Positions 28,574 through 37,482 of a DNA stretch of 40,562 nt are shown here, piece by piece. The stretch is taken from positions 1 through 40,562 of the forward strand of contig JAGXGH010000005.1 in NCBI GenBank assembly GCA_024636835.1. The letters are read 5' to 3'. The position numbers were made by a program, and so were the translations under genes. This DNA is from Verrucomicrobiales bacterium (GTDB taxonomy: Bacteria > Verrucomicrobiota > Verrucomicrobiia > Verrucomicrobiales > SLCJ01). The notes under the pieces are model-generated. The model saw only the letters and a list, made by a program, of their open reading frames with translations, was not told the DNA's origin and ran no database searches. Positions within the stretch are counted from its first letter, which is position 1; each line of letters begins with the position of its first letter.

Positions 28574-30307
28574 ATGCACACCGCCGACTGGATCGTCATC
28601 AGCCTCTACCTCATCGCCACGGTGGGGATCGGGGTGTTGTTGGGGCGTAAGGTGAAAAACACCTCGGATCTGTTCGCCGCTGGTGGGGCATCGCCGTGGT
28701 GGGCCAGCGGCCTGAGTGCATTCATGACGATGTTTTCCGCCAACACCTTCGTGGTGTGGGGCGGCATGGCCTACGAGCACGGCACGGTCGCGATCATGGT
28801 GAACCTCTGCTACGGGGTGGCCGCGCTGCTGGCGGGCTATACGGTGGCGGGAAAATGGAAGAAGCTGGGCGTGCGCACACCGGCTGAATTTGTCGAACGC
28901 CGCTTCGGCAAGGGGGCGCTGCATTTCTACACCTGGGCGATGATGGTTTTCCGCTTGGTTGGCGCGGCCGGGGCGCTTTATGCCATTGCCACGCTCACGG
29001 TGGCAGTGACGCACGGCGATAACAACGCCGCGCAGGTGCAGGGCATGCCTCCGGAACTGGTGACGGCGATCCTGGTCTTCGGTGCGGTGGTGGTGCTTTA
29101 CACCATGATCGGCGGACTGTGGGCGGTGCTGATGACCGATGTGATCCAGTTCATCGTGCTCAACGCGGCAGTGGTTTTCGTAGTCGCGCTGACACTCTTC
29201 GACATCGGCGGGCTCGGTGGATTCATCGCTCAAGCGCCGGAGGGCTTTATTGCCTTCACCTCCGGGTCGAGATACACTTGGTTTTTCCTCTTCGGTTGGG
29301 TGGCAATCCACTACTTCATGATCGGCGCGGAGTTCGCCTTTGTGCAGCGCTATCTCTGCGTGCCGAATCCGCGTGACGCCCGACGAGGCACGGTTTTGTT
29401 CGGTGTCATGTATTTGATTTCCCCCTTCCTGTGGTTGTTGCCGCCACTTTTGTGGCGGGTGCAGAGCCCGATCCCGGAAGGGGCAACCGCTGATATGATT
29501 CGCGTGCTCAAGGAAGAGGCCTACATCAGGTCATGTGTGGAGGTGCTACCGATCGGCATGGTCGGACTGATGATGGCGGCGATGTTTTCCGCCACCGCCA
29601 GCTTGATCAGCTCGCAGCTCAATGTATTTTCCGGCGTGCTCACCCATGACATTTACCGGCCCTGGAGAAAGATGACGACGGAGAAGGGCCTACTCTTTGC
29701 CGGTCGGGGGTTCACGCTTCTGCTGGGTGTTATGATCGCCGGTATAGCCCTTTGCATTCCTATGCTGGGGGGTGCGGAAAAAGTCATCATTTCCATCACC
29801 GAGCTGATGGTCGTGCCCTTACTCGCCCCGATCCTGATCGGACTGCTGAGCAAGCGAGTGAACTCGGCGGCCCTGTGGGTCACAGCAGGGATTTGCATTC
29901 CTCTCGGCCTGGCCTTGCACTTCGGCCTGATAGTCCCGCCGGAGAACAGTGCGTCCTGGCAATGGCTCTTCAGCCAATCGAAAACCTTAGTCGGTGTGGT
30001 GCTGCCCATGGCGATCGTGTTGATCTTCCATTTCCGGGCGCGTGGCACGGATGAGCGTTGGCAACATATCGAGAAGCTGCAAGCCAGCGGGCTCGAAGCG
30101 GAAGCCACCACGCCCGGAAAAGCAGATGCGGGACCGACGCGTATCGTCGGCTGGAGCATGGTGGTGCTCGGGCTTGGCATGCTTTGCCTGCTTCCGATCA
30201 ATCCCGGCGACCGTCTTACCATCCTTGCTTTTGGGCTTCTCGTTGCAATGATCGGGTTCACAATACTCAGGGCAGCGAAATATTTAAATTCTAAAACGAC
30301 ATCATGA
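28574..30307 (+). CDS. Sodium:solute symporter (SSS/SSF family) transporter
   Basis: 577 aa and polytopic. 'DWIVISLYLIATVGIGVLLGRKVKNTSDLFAAGGASPWWASGLSAFMTMFSANTFV' is the SSF signature N-terminus. Confidence 0.85.
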   Translation: MHTADWIVISLYLIATVGIGVLLGRKVKNTSDLFAAGGASPWWASGLSAFMTMFSANTFVVWGGMAYEHGTVAIMVNLCYGVAALLAGYTVAGKWKKLGVRTPAEFVERRFGKGALHFYTWAMMVFRLVGAAGALYAIATLTVAVTHGDNNAAQVQGMPPELVTAILVFGAVVVLYTMIGGLWAVLMTDVIQFIVLNAAVVFVVALTLFDIGGLGGFIAQAPEGFIAFTSGSRYTWFFLFGWVAIHYFMIGAEFAFVQRYLCVPNPRDARRGTVLFGVMYLISPFLWLLPPLLWRVQSPIPEGATADMIRVLKEEAYIRSCVEVLPIGMVGLMMAAMFSATASLISSQLNVFSGVLTHDIYRPWRKMTTEKGLLFAGRGFTLLLGVMIAGIALCIPMLGGAEKVIISITELMVVPLLAPILIGLLSKRVNSAALWVTAGICIPLGLALHFGLIVPPENSASWQWLFSQSKTLVGVVLPMAIVLIFHFRARGTDERWQHIEKLQASGLEAEATTPGKADAGPTRIVGWSMVVLGLGMLCLLPINPGDRLTILAFGLLVAMIGFTILRAAKYLNSKTTS

Positions 30308-32580
30308 TTCACGAGGGGCCTGCAGAAATCCGACAGCTCAAAACCATTACCCACGAGGTTGACCTCGTGGTCGTCGGCGGTGGGCTGGCAGGCACCTGTG
30401 CCGCCATCGCCGCGGCGCGCGAGGACTTGCAAGTGGTGCTGGTGCAGGATCGACCCATCCTGGGCGGCAACGCATCGAGCGAGGTGCGCCTATGGGTGCT
30501 CGGTGCCACTTCCCACATGGGTAACAACAACCGCTGGGCACGAGAGGGCGGGATCATCAATGAGATCCTGGAGGAAAACCTTTATCGCAACCGTGTCGGT
30601 AACCCGTTGATCCTGGACACCATTCTTCTGGAAAAAGTTCACGAGGAGCCCAATCTCACGCTCCTGCTCAACACCGCGGTGCACGAGGTGGAAAAAAGTG
30701 ATCCGGACACGATCAGCGCCGCGATTGCCTTCTGTTCACAAAATTCGACCCGCTATGTGCTGCGGGCGCCGTTGTTTTGCGATGCTTCGGGGGACGGTGT
30801 GCTGGGATTCCTGAGTGGTGCGGCTTTTCGCATGGGCGCCGAGAGCCGCGAGGAATTCGACGAAGGTTTCGCCCCGGATGAAAGTTACGGTGAGTTGCTC
30901 GGGCACTCCCTCTATTTCTACACCAAGGACACCGGTGCTCCAGTCAGCTTTACTGCCCCGAGCTGGGCGCACAAGGATGTCAGCAGCATCGCCCGCTATC
31001 GGAAGTTCAATGCCAACATGCAGGGCTGCAATTTCTGGTGGGTCGAATACGGTGGCCGACTCGATACGGTGCACGATACCGAAACCATCAAATGGGAGTT
31101 GTGGAAGGTTGTGTACGGCATCTGGGATCACATCAAGAACTCGGGCGACTTCCCCGAAGCCGAGACCATGACCCTCGAATGGGTTGGCCAGATTCCCGGC
31201 AAGCGGGAAAGCCGGCGTTTCGAGGGCGACTACATTCTGCGTCAGCAGGACGTGGTGAATCAGGCTCCTTTTGAAGATACGGTAGCTCACGGCGGCTGGG
31301 CCGTTGACCTTCATCCGGCAGACGGCGTTTATTCCGACAAACCTAGTTGTAATCAGTGGCATTCCAAGGGCGTCTATGGCATTCCCTGGCGCTGCTACTA
31401 CAGCCGTAATATTTCCAACCTGTTTCTTGCTGGCCGTATCATCAGCGCGAGTCATGTCGCGTTCGGATCGAGCCGCGTGATGGCGACATGTGCCGCCGGC
31501 GGTATGGCGGTCGGCATCGCTGCCGCCTTGTGTGGCAAGGTCGGAAAACTGCCACGCGACCTGGGGCAGGGAGATGCGCTGCGCGAGCTTCAACTGAGGC
31601 TCGACCGCTCCGGACAATATTTGCCGGGGATCGAGGTGGTGGATGCCGAAGACCTCGCGACCAAGGCCCAGGTCACCGCCAGTTCGCGCCTCAAACTCGG
31701 TGAGATTTCAGCGAGTGCTGAGTGGATGAAATTGGATGGCGGTTGGGGTATGTTGCTTCCTTTAACTGAGGGGAATTGTCCCGAGTTCGGTTTTGAGATT
31801 TCCAGTGAGCAGTCAGGTGCTTTGCGTTGCGAACTACGCCGTGCGGCCCGGCCCGGGAATTTCACGCCGGATGAACTGGTAGATTCGATTGAAATCCCTT
31901 TCGCGAAAGGTCAATCCAGAGTCGCTGCGAAGTTCAGCAAATCCATCGATCGCGAAGACTATTATTTCGTGAATTTATCCGAGAACCCCGCAGTGCAAGT
32001 GAGGCTGAGTGATGTCAGGATGACGGGCGTGCTGTCGGTGACAAATGCGTTCAACAAAGCGGTCGCCACTTCAAGTGTCCAGTCCCCTCCGCCGGACATC
32101 GGAATCGATTCCTTCGAATTCTGGCTGCCGAAGCGTCGACCCGGCGGGAAAAACCTTGCCATCACGATCGAACCGCCACTCGATGCTTTTGATCAGGATC
32201 AGGTGACCTATGGTCCCACGCGGCCCATGCGTACCGTCAATGCCTGGGTGGCCGATCCAGCAGACCCCAACCCGGAGCTCTCCTTGAGCTGGCCTGAAGC
32301 CGTTCGTATCGGGCGGATCATTATCGATTTTGATCCGGATTGGGATCATCCAATGGAAAGTGTGCTGATGACCCACGCGGAAGAGGTGAGTCCCTTCATG
32401 CTCCGCGACTTTGATCTTGTGGATAACGTAGGCACCGTCTTCGCGGAAGTGCGGGATCATCATTCGGCACGCTTTGATCTACGCCTCGAAAATGTGGCAG
32501 AAACCAAGGGACTCACTCTTCGCATCAAAGCTACCCACGGCGCGCCGGCCAGTGTTTTCCGAATTCGTGTTATGGCCTGA
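30304..32580 (+). CDS. FAD-dependent oxidoreductase (FAD_oxidored family, PF12831-like). Its ATG overlaps the transporter stop as ATGA.
   Basis: 'VDLVVVGGGLAGTCAAIAAAREDLQVVLVQDRPILGGNASSE' is a Rossmann FAD-binding fingerprint. 758 aa. Confidence 0.8.
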   Translation: MIHEGPAEIRQLKTITHEVDLVVVGGGLAGTCAAIAAAREDLQVVLVQDRPILGGNASSEVRLWVLGATSHMGNNNRWAREGGIINEILEENLYRNRVGNPLILDTILLEKVHEEPNLTLLLNTAVHEVEKSDPDTISAAIAFCSQNSTRYVLRAPLFCDASGDGVLGFLSGAAFRMGAESREEFDEGFAPDESYGELLGHSLYFYTKDTGAPVSFTAPSWAHKDVSSIARYRKFNANMQGCNFWWVEYGGRLDTVHDTETIKWELWKVVYGIWDHIKNSGDFPEAETMTLEWVGQIPGKRESRRFEGDYILRQQDVVNQAPFEDTVAHGGWAVDLHPADGVYSDKPSCNQWHSKGVYGIPWRCYYSRNISNLFLAGRIISASHVAFGSSRVMATCAAGGMAVGIAAALCGKVGKLPRDLGQGDALRELQLRLDRSGQYLPGIEVVDAEDLATKAQVTASSRLKLGEISASAEWMKLDGGWGMLLPLTEGNCPEFGFEISSEQSGALRCELRRAARPGNFTPDELVDSIEIPFAKGQSRVAAKFSKSIDREDYYFVNLSENPAVQVRLSDVRMTGVLSVTNAFNKAVATSSVQSPPPDIGIDSFEFWLPKRRPGGKNLAITIEPPLDAFDQDQVTYGPTRPMRTVNAWVADPADPNPELSLSWPEAVRIGRIIIDFDPDWDHPMESVLMTHAEEVSPFMLRDFDLVDNVGTVFAEVRDHHSARFDLRLENVAETKGLTLRIKATHGAPASVFRIRVMA

Positions 32581-32619
32581 ACCCAAAATAATCCCGTCAA
32601 TCCTGTTCAAACCTCAGCG

Positions 32620-33687
32620 TTACTCTTTGGGCGGAATGCGGAGTTTGCCGTTTTCTAAAATCGGACCTTGTGCGCGTTTGATTGTAAGTTTCGGTGGGCC
32701 TGCGTGTGGGAGGGGCTCTGGGGCAGATGGTTGTTCTGGGGCAGGTGGTTCAAAAGACTCCTGTGGCTGCGTTGGTGGCGTGGGCGTGCCGGGTATGGGT
32801 GCTTGTGTTACCTGAAATGGTAGTGGCTGTCTGGCGATTTGCGGTTGTTTCAAGATAGGACGCGAAGGCTGCTGCGGTGCTGGTGAACTCGGCAAGATCA
32901 ACGATGGACGCACTGGTGTCGGTGAGGCGGGTTGGGTGTAAACAGGCTCGGTTTCATGTGCTTGAGTTGCCGGTGTTGAGGTAGTCTGCGCTCCACGCAC
33001 GTCATCGAAAACCCGGTCCTTGGGCTGGACGCGATCCATGGGAATAGTCACAGCTGGTGGCGGGGGAGCCTGTGCGCCCATTTGTTCCGATTGCAAATAC
33101 AGTTCATTGAGTGCTTGCTCGCCCGGCCTGACGGGAAGCTGAGGAAGCTTCATCGGTGTGGTGTGCAGACCAGGTTCCTTGAGCAGGGCTTCGGCAGCTT
33201 GTTCACTGCGTTTCATCCATGGCAGCTCGCCGATGTCTGGCTTGTTGCGGTTGAATGTCCCCCAAATTTTCTCGTAGTCATCTGTCCAGATAAGGAAGTT
33301 CTCCAGGTCTGGGTTGGCGAGGTCTGGGTCGACTTGTAGAGCAGCTCCGTAGAAGCGCGCGGCTTGCATGACCATGCCGTGATGAAGTAGTGCATTTGCC
33401 ATGCCGAGATTTTGCACGGGGCGATCTTGGTTTTGCTCGAGAAGCGAGGTGAGCAATCGGATCGCGCGGCGTGGTGATCCTCGGGATAAAATCTTCGCGG
33501 CGAAAGCGATCTCTAGATCGACGTTTGGTATTTCAGCCGCATCCCAGATGAGTTCTGCAGCTTCGTAGGATTTATCCTCGTTGAAAAGAATGACGGCGAG
33601 TTGTTTTCGCAGCCCCCAGTCTTCAGGGTATTTTACGAGCAGCTTGTTAAGCAGGTCTTCCGTCGATTGGCTTTCCTTCGGTTCCAT
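32620..33687 (-). CDS. TPR-like cytoplasmic protein with a long Pro/Gln/Thr-rich low-complexity C-terminal tail
   Basis: The N-terminal 230 aa are helical and TPR-like ('AARFYGAALQVDPDLANP'). The C-terminal 120 aa are 'PPPPAVTIP...PTPPTQPQESFEPPAPEQPSAPEP'. Confidence 0.6.
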   Translation of the reverse strand: MEPKESQSTEDLLNKLLVKYPEDWGLRKQLAVILFNEDKSYEAAELIWDAAEIPNVDLEIAFAAKILSRGSPRRAIRLLTSLLEQNQDRPVQNLGMANALLHHGMVMQAARFYGAALQVDPDLANPDLENFLIWTDDYEKIWGTFNRNKPDIGELPWMKRSEQAAEALLKEPGLHTTPMKLPQLPVRPGEQALNELYLQSEQMGAQAPPPPAVTIPMDRVQPKDRVFDDVRGAQTTSTPATQAHETEPVYTQPASPTPVRPSLILPSSPAPQQPSRPILKQPQIARQPLPFQVTQAPIPGTPTPPTQPQESFEPPAPEQPSAPEPLPHAGPPKLTIKRAQGPILENGKLRIPPKE

Positions 33688-33735
33688 AATTTAGCCCTGG
33701 ATTGGTTTGAGAACCAAAAAGCTAAAAAAAATGGG

Positions 33736-34197
33736 CTATTCAGGCAATACCTGATTTGGGTTTTGTGGGGCAGTGTCATTTTCGGCGGCAGCCTCGGATG
33801 TTTCGTCCTTTTTCAAGGAACTTGCAGGTACCAGCAGGCCGTCGGGACCGTGGACCCAGCGATCGTAATCTTTATCGCTACCGCCTTCAGCGCTCTCAGG
33901 CGATTCGATGACGGAGGTGGCCGGAGGGTTCGTTCCTTCTGGAAACTCGTTATAGAATGCGGCGGGACCACTGTTTGGCAGCCCTTCCGTGGTGAGTCCA
34001 TCAGGCTGCATGTTGGCCTCAGATTCAGCGAGCAGCGCGCTGCGTTCCAGCGCTTCAGCGCGTTCTGAAGCGTCCGGATCGCGCATGTATTTGTAGGTCT
34101 CGCAAGAGTTGAGCAGCAACGATATCCCGCAAAGTGTGACAGCAATAATTAGGGTGTGGGAGGATGATTTCACAATAGACTGATACGTTTTGAACAA
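33736..34197 (-). CDS. Small acidic secreted protein or lipoprotein (only TTG is available as a start at 34197)
   Basis: '...TLIIAVTLCGISLLLNSC' is signal-like with a Cys. Acidic, Pro/Glu-rich C-terminus. There is no ATG in frame after the upstream stop. Confidence 0.4.
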   Translation of the reverse strand: MFKTYQSIVKSSSHTLIIAVTLCGISLLLNSCETYKYMRDPDASERAEALERSALLAESEANMQPDGLTTEGLPNSGPAAFYNEFPEGTNPPATSVIESPESAEGGSDKDYDRWVHGPDGLLVPASSLKKDETSEAAAENDTAPQNPNQVLPE

Positions 34198-34254
34198 AAG
34201 AGTGGTTGATAATTAGGGGGGCGCGTAGAATGAAGTGATAGCAATGGCTGTCGA

Positions 34255-34584
34255 TCAGTCTTCGGGAAAAAGTCCGACTTCATCTACCGGGTCGGCTGCG
34301 AAGGGTTTGGATGGGCCGTCGGGCGCGAGACCAATCTCATCCAGCATCGGCTGTGGATCGCCGAGAGGCATGATGACTTCTGATTGGGTGTTGCTTGGTT
34401 TGGGCTTGGAGTTGACGACGAGGTGGTCGTTTTCCGGTTCTGACGCTTCAGCGAGCGCGGCCAGCTTTAGATGGTGGTCGAGCAGTGCCTGACGTTTTTC
34501 ACCCTTACCGAATGTGCCGCAACTAGTGAGGATTCCACTCAGTAGAATGGCGGTGAGAGTGAGTTGACCGAATCGGTGTGTCAT
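34255..34584 (-). CDS. Small lipoprotein (ATG at 34584; the track ORF extends to 34653)
   Basis: 'MTHRFGQLTLTAILLSGILTSCGTFG' is a signal peptide plus a lipobox (L-T-S-C). Acidic, Pro-rich C-terminus, similar in character to the neighbouring small protein. Confidence 0.5.
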   Translation of the reverse strand: MTHRFGQLTLTAILLSGILTSCGTFGKGEKRQALLDHHLKLAALAEASEPENDHLVVNSKPKPSNTQSEVIMPLGDPQPMLDEIGLAPDGPSKPFAADPVDEVGLFPED

Positions 34585-34720
34585 GAACAAAGAGATTAGG
34601 ATTGGAAATTTGGTGAGGAAAGGGGTAGCTGGGACTTGTCCATTCCCTTGCATGGAGAGGCTGCCGATGGCAAGCCCTTAAACCTTATAACTGGGAAACT
34701 CTTTGTTGTCGATTTGTTCA

Positions 34721-35632
34721 ATGACTGATTCTCCTTCATCCCACCCAACGCATGACGTGGTCGCGCATGCGCTCGCATTGGATGGCGTGACAAGGGTGAT
34801 TTCCGACCTTCATTTCGGCCATCCGGGAACGCTGTTTAGCGAGGTGGATGAAGTTTTACCGCTGCTCGATGGTGCGCATCGAGTGATCCTCAATGGCGAT
34901 ACCACAGAGGAATGCTCGCGCGCACTGCGCCCGCGTTCGGAGGAAATGTTTGCGGAGTTTTGCGCGGAGTCATCGCGTCGCGGAGTCGAGTTATTGCGGA
35001 TACGGGGTAACCACGATGCTTCGCAGGATCACCTGGGCGCGCTACGATTGTTCGGTGGCAAGGTGCTGATCATTCATGGCGATGCGTGTTACCATTATGG
35101 GTCGCCGTGGAGTCGCTGGATTCCGAGCCTTAAGGAAGAGCTGGATGAAGTGTATTTCGAGTTTGAGAAGGAGGGGGTTAACACCTTGGAAGATAGGCTG
35201 CGTTTGGCGAGGGCTTGGGCAAGGCGTTATCACCCACCGGTAAAAAGAACGGAGTCGAAGCTGGCCGGGATTCTGGGAATTCTTATGTCCGCCGCTTGGC
35301 CGCCAACGGTGGCGTGGCGTTTGATCAAGGAGCGCGCGATGACAATTTCGCGGGCCGTGGAGTTTCTCGATTATTTTGCACCCGAGGCGAAGGTGATGAT
35401 CTTCGGACACATTCACCGCAGTGGAGTTTATCAACGTGGCGAGAAGATGCTGATTAATACTGGAGCTTTTCAGCCGGTCGCCGGGCGTTGTGTTTGTGAT
35501 CTCGATGGCGAAGGAATCACGGTGAGAAACGTGGTGCGGACCGGTGGGAAGTTTGTTCTGGGTGGAGTGAAACAGACGATCACCTGGCGAAGCTTGGGCA
35601 TTGACCCATTGCTCGATCAGGGCGAAGTATGA
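34721..35632 (+). CDS. Metallophosphoesterase (calcineurin-like phosphoesterase)
   Basis: The metal-binding motifs 'ISDLHFGH', 'LNGDTTE', 'IRGNHD', and 'IFGHIHR' are present. The ATG at 34721 lies downstream of the TTG-started track ORF at 34703. Confidence 0.8.
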   Translation: MTDSPSSHPTHDVVAHALALDGVTRVISDLHFGHPGTLFSEVDEVLPLLDGAHRVILNGDTTEECSRALRPRSEEMFAEFCAESSRRGVELLRIRGNHDASQDHLGALRLFGGKVLIIHGDACYHYGSPWSRWIPSLKEELDEVYFEFEKEGVNTLEDRLRLARAWARRYHPPVKRTESKLAGILGILMSAAWPPTVAWRLIKERAMTISRAVEFLDYFAPEAKVMIFGHIHRSGVYQRGEKMLINTGAFQPVAGRCVCDLDGEGITVRNVVRTGGKFVLGGVKQTITWRSLGIDPLLDQGEV

Positions 35633-35680
35633 GGAGCGCGCGACACAGTAGTCGCATAGATCCATTTCATTACTTAGACT

Positions 35681-36766
35681 ATGTCCTCTCAGTTTGGCAC
35701 TCTTTTTCGGCTCTCGACTTTCGGCGAATCCCACGGTGGCGGTGTGGGTGTAGTGATTGACGGATGCCCCCCGGGGATCGAACTCGATGTGGCGGAAATT
35801 CAGCGTGACCTCGACCGTCGCCGACCGGGGCAAAGCGAGATCACCACACCGCGTAATGAAGCGGACGAGGCTGAGGTGTTGTCGGGACTTTATGAAGGCA
35901 GGACGACGGGCACGCCGATTGCGATTCTTGTTCGCAACAAGGATCACCGTCCCGCCGCTTACGATGAGATGGCGGTGAAATATCGTCCATCCCACGCCGA
36001 CTACACTTACGATGCGAAGTATGGGTTCCGTAACCCCAATGGCGGCGGACGTTCATCAGCACGCGAGACCATCGGGCGTGTGGCTGCCGCTGCCATCGCG
36101 AAAAAAGTGCTCAAGACCATCGCTCCAGAACTCGAGGTGCTCGCCTGGGTGGCGACGATTCAGAATCTACAGGCCAATGTCGATCCTACTACAGTGACTG
36201 CCGAGCAGATTGAGTCAAATATCGTGCGCACCGGTGATCCGGAGATGGTGGAAACGATGATCGATGCAGTGAAGGCGGCGCGCTCTGCCGGGGATTCGCT
36301 TGGCGGAACGATTGCGTGTGTGGTACGCGGATGTCCGGCTGGTTGGGGTGAGCCGGTGTTTGATCGGATCGAGGCTGACTTGGCGAAGGGTGTGCTCTCG
36401 CTCCCGGCGACGAAAGGCTTTGAGATTGGTTCGGGTTTTGCTGGCACCTTGCTCAAGGGCAGCGAACACAATGACCCGTTCCGTAAAGATGGAGACAAGG
36501 TTGTCACCACAACGAACCGTTCCGGCGGTGTACAAGGCGGTATTACCAACGGTATGCCGATTGAGTTTCGCGTGGCGTTCAAGCCGACGGCGACCATTAT
36601 GACCAGTCAGCAGACGGTTGATCAGTCGGGGAAGGAAACCGATCTGAAGGGCAAAGGCAGACACGATCCCTGTGTGCTTCCTCGCGCCGTGCCCTTGGTG
36701 GAGGCGATGACCGCTTTGGTACTCTGCGACCATGCGCTGCGCCAACGCGCTCAGCGTGGGAATTAG
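35681..36766 (+). CDS. aroC: Chorismate synthase
   Basis: '[27 protein letters not shown]', 'RPGQSE...TPR', and '[10 protein letters not shown]' are canonical AroC motifs. 361 aa. Confidence 0.95.
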   Translation: MSSQFGTLFRLSTFGESHGGGVGVVIDGCPPGIELDVAEIQRDLDRRRPGQSEITTPRNEADEAEVLSGLYEGRTTGTPIAILVRNKDHRPAAYDEMAVKYRPSHADYTYDAKYGFRNPNGGGRSSARETIGRVAAAAIAKKVLKTIAPELEVLAWVATIQNLQANVDPTTVTAEQIESNIVRTGDPEMVETMIDAVKAARSAGDSLGGTIACVVRGCPAGWGEPVFDRIEADLAKGVLSLPATKGFEIGSGFAGTLLKGSEHNDPFRKDGDKVVTTTNRSGGVQGGITNGMPIEFRVAFKPTATIMTSQQTVDQSGKETDLKGKGRHDPCVLPRAVPLVEAMTALVLCDHALRQRAQRGN

Positions 36767-36916
36767 TATGGGAATTAAATATTTTTGCCCTCGCGCGCGT
36801 CCAATGAATCATCCGCGGCATTCGATGCGTAATTTATCTGGTAGTACGTGTCTCAGGCTTGCATCCAAGAATTTTATCCATCAAGCTGTCGGAACAAATT
36901 AACCTCCAAAATACTT

Positions 36917-37336
36917 ATGAAAACATTGAAGAACATCACCGCGCTCGCGGTCGCAGGGACCATGAGCATGTCTCTTATTAGCTGCGAGACTGCAGAAGGA
37001 ACAGGCACACTCGTCGGAGCAGGCACTGGTGCCGCTCTAGGCGGAATTGTCGGCAATAACATGGGCAGTGGCCACTCCACCACCGGAGCACTGCTCGGAG
37101 CCGGTCTAGGTGGCCTTGTGGGTAACCGCATTGGTGCCTCACAAGATACAGCAAACCAAGCCCGCGGCGAAGCTATGCGTGCCAACACCACCACCGTGTA
37201 TGTTCGTAACCGCAACGGCAGCACCCGTCCAATCACCCTTCAGCGCGTTCAAGGAAACGTCTGGCAAGGGCCACAAGGCGAGCAATACAACGGTGTGCCA
37301 AGCTCCCGTCAACTTGAATCGATGTATGCTTACTAA
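36917..37336 (+). CDS. Glycine-zipper (SlyB / 17-kDa antigen-like) outer-membrane lipoprotein
   Basis: 'MKTLKNITALAVAGTMSMSLISC' is a lipobox signal. 'GAGTGAALGGIVGNNMGSGHSTTGALLGAGLGGLVGNRIG' is a glycine zipper. The ATG at 36917 was verified. Confidence 0.7.
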   Translation: MKTLKNITALAVAGTMSMSLISCETAEGTGTLVGAGTGAALGGIVGNNMGSGHSTTGALLGAGLGGLVGNRIGASQDTANQARGEAMRANTTTVYVRNRNGSTRPITLQRVQGNVWQGPQGEQYNGVPSSRQLESMYAY

Positions 37337-37368
37337 AAGCATCCGTTGAACAGATTATTTATCTTAAA

Positions 37369-37408
37369 CCCGTGCCGGATCGTCTCCGGTGCGGGTTTTC
37401 TCTTTTCA
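37369..37408 (+). terminator. Rho-independent terminator after the glycine-zipper lipoprotein gene
   Basis: CCCGTGCCGGA-tcgtc-TCCGGTGCGGG stem with two G-U pairs, then TTTTCTCTTTT. It overlaps the GTG-started track ORF 37372, which is therefore not the fabV start. Confidence 0.6.
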
Positions 37409-37482
37409 CCAGCCAGAAGCGGCTTAATAGTGGCAGAACCTTGGGCGTGTCCGAATCGCCTAAATGTCTAATATCTAGTTTT

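Noticed and set aside
37372-37482. GTG-started N-terminal extension of fabV (track ORF 37372..38667)
   Set aside because: The extension overlaps a terminator hairpin plus T-run at 37369-37408. The canonical FabV N-terminus 'MIIQPKIRGF' begins at the ATG at 37483.
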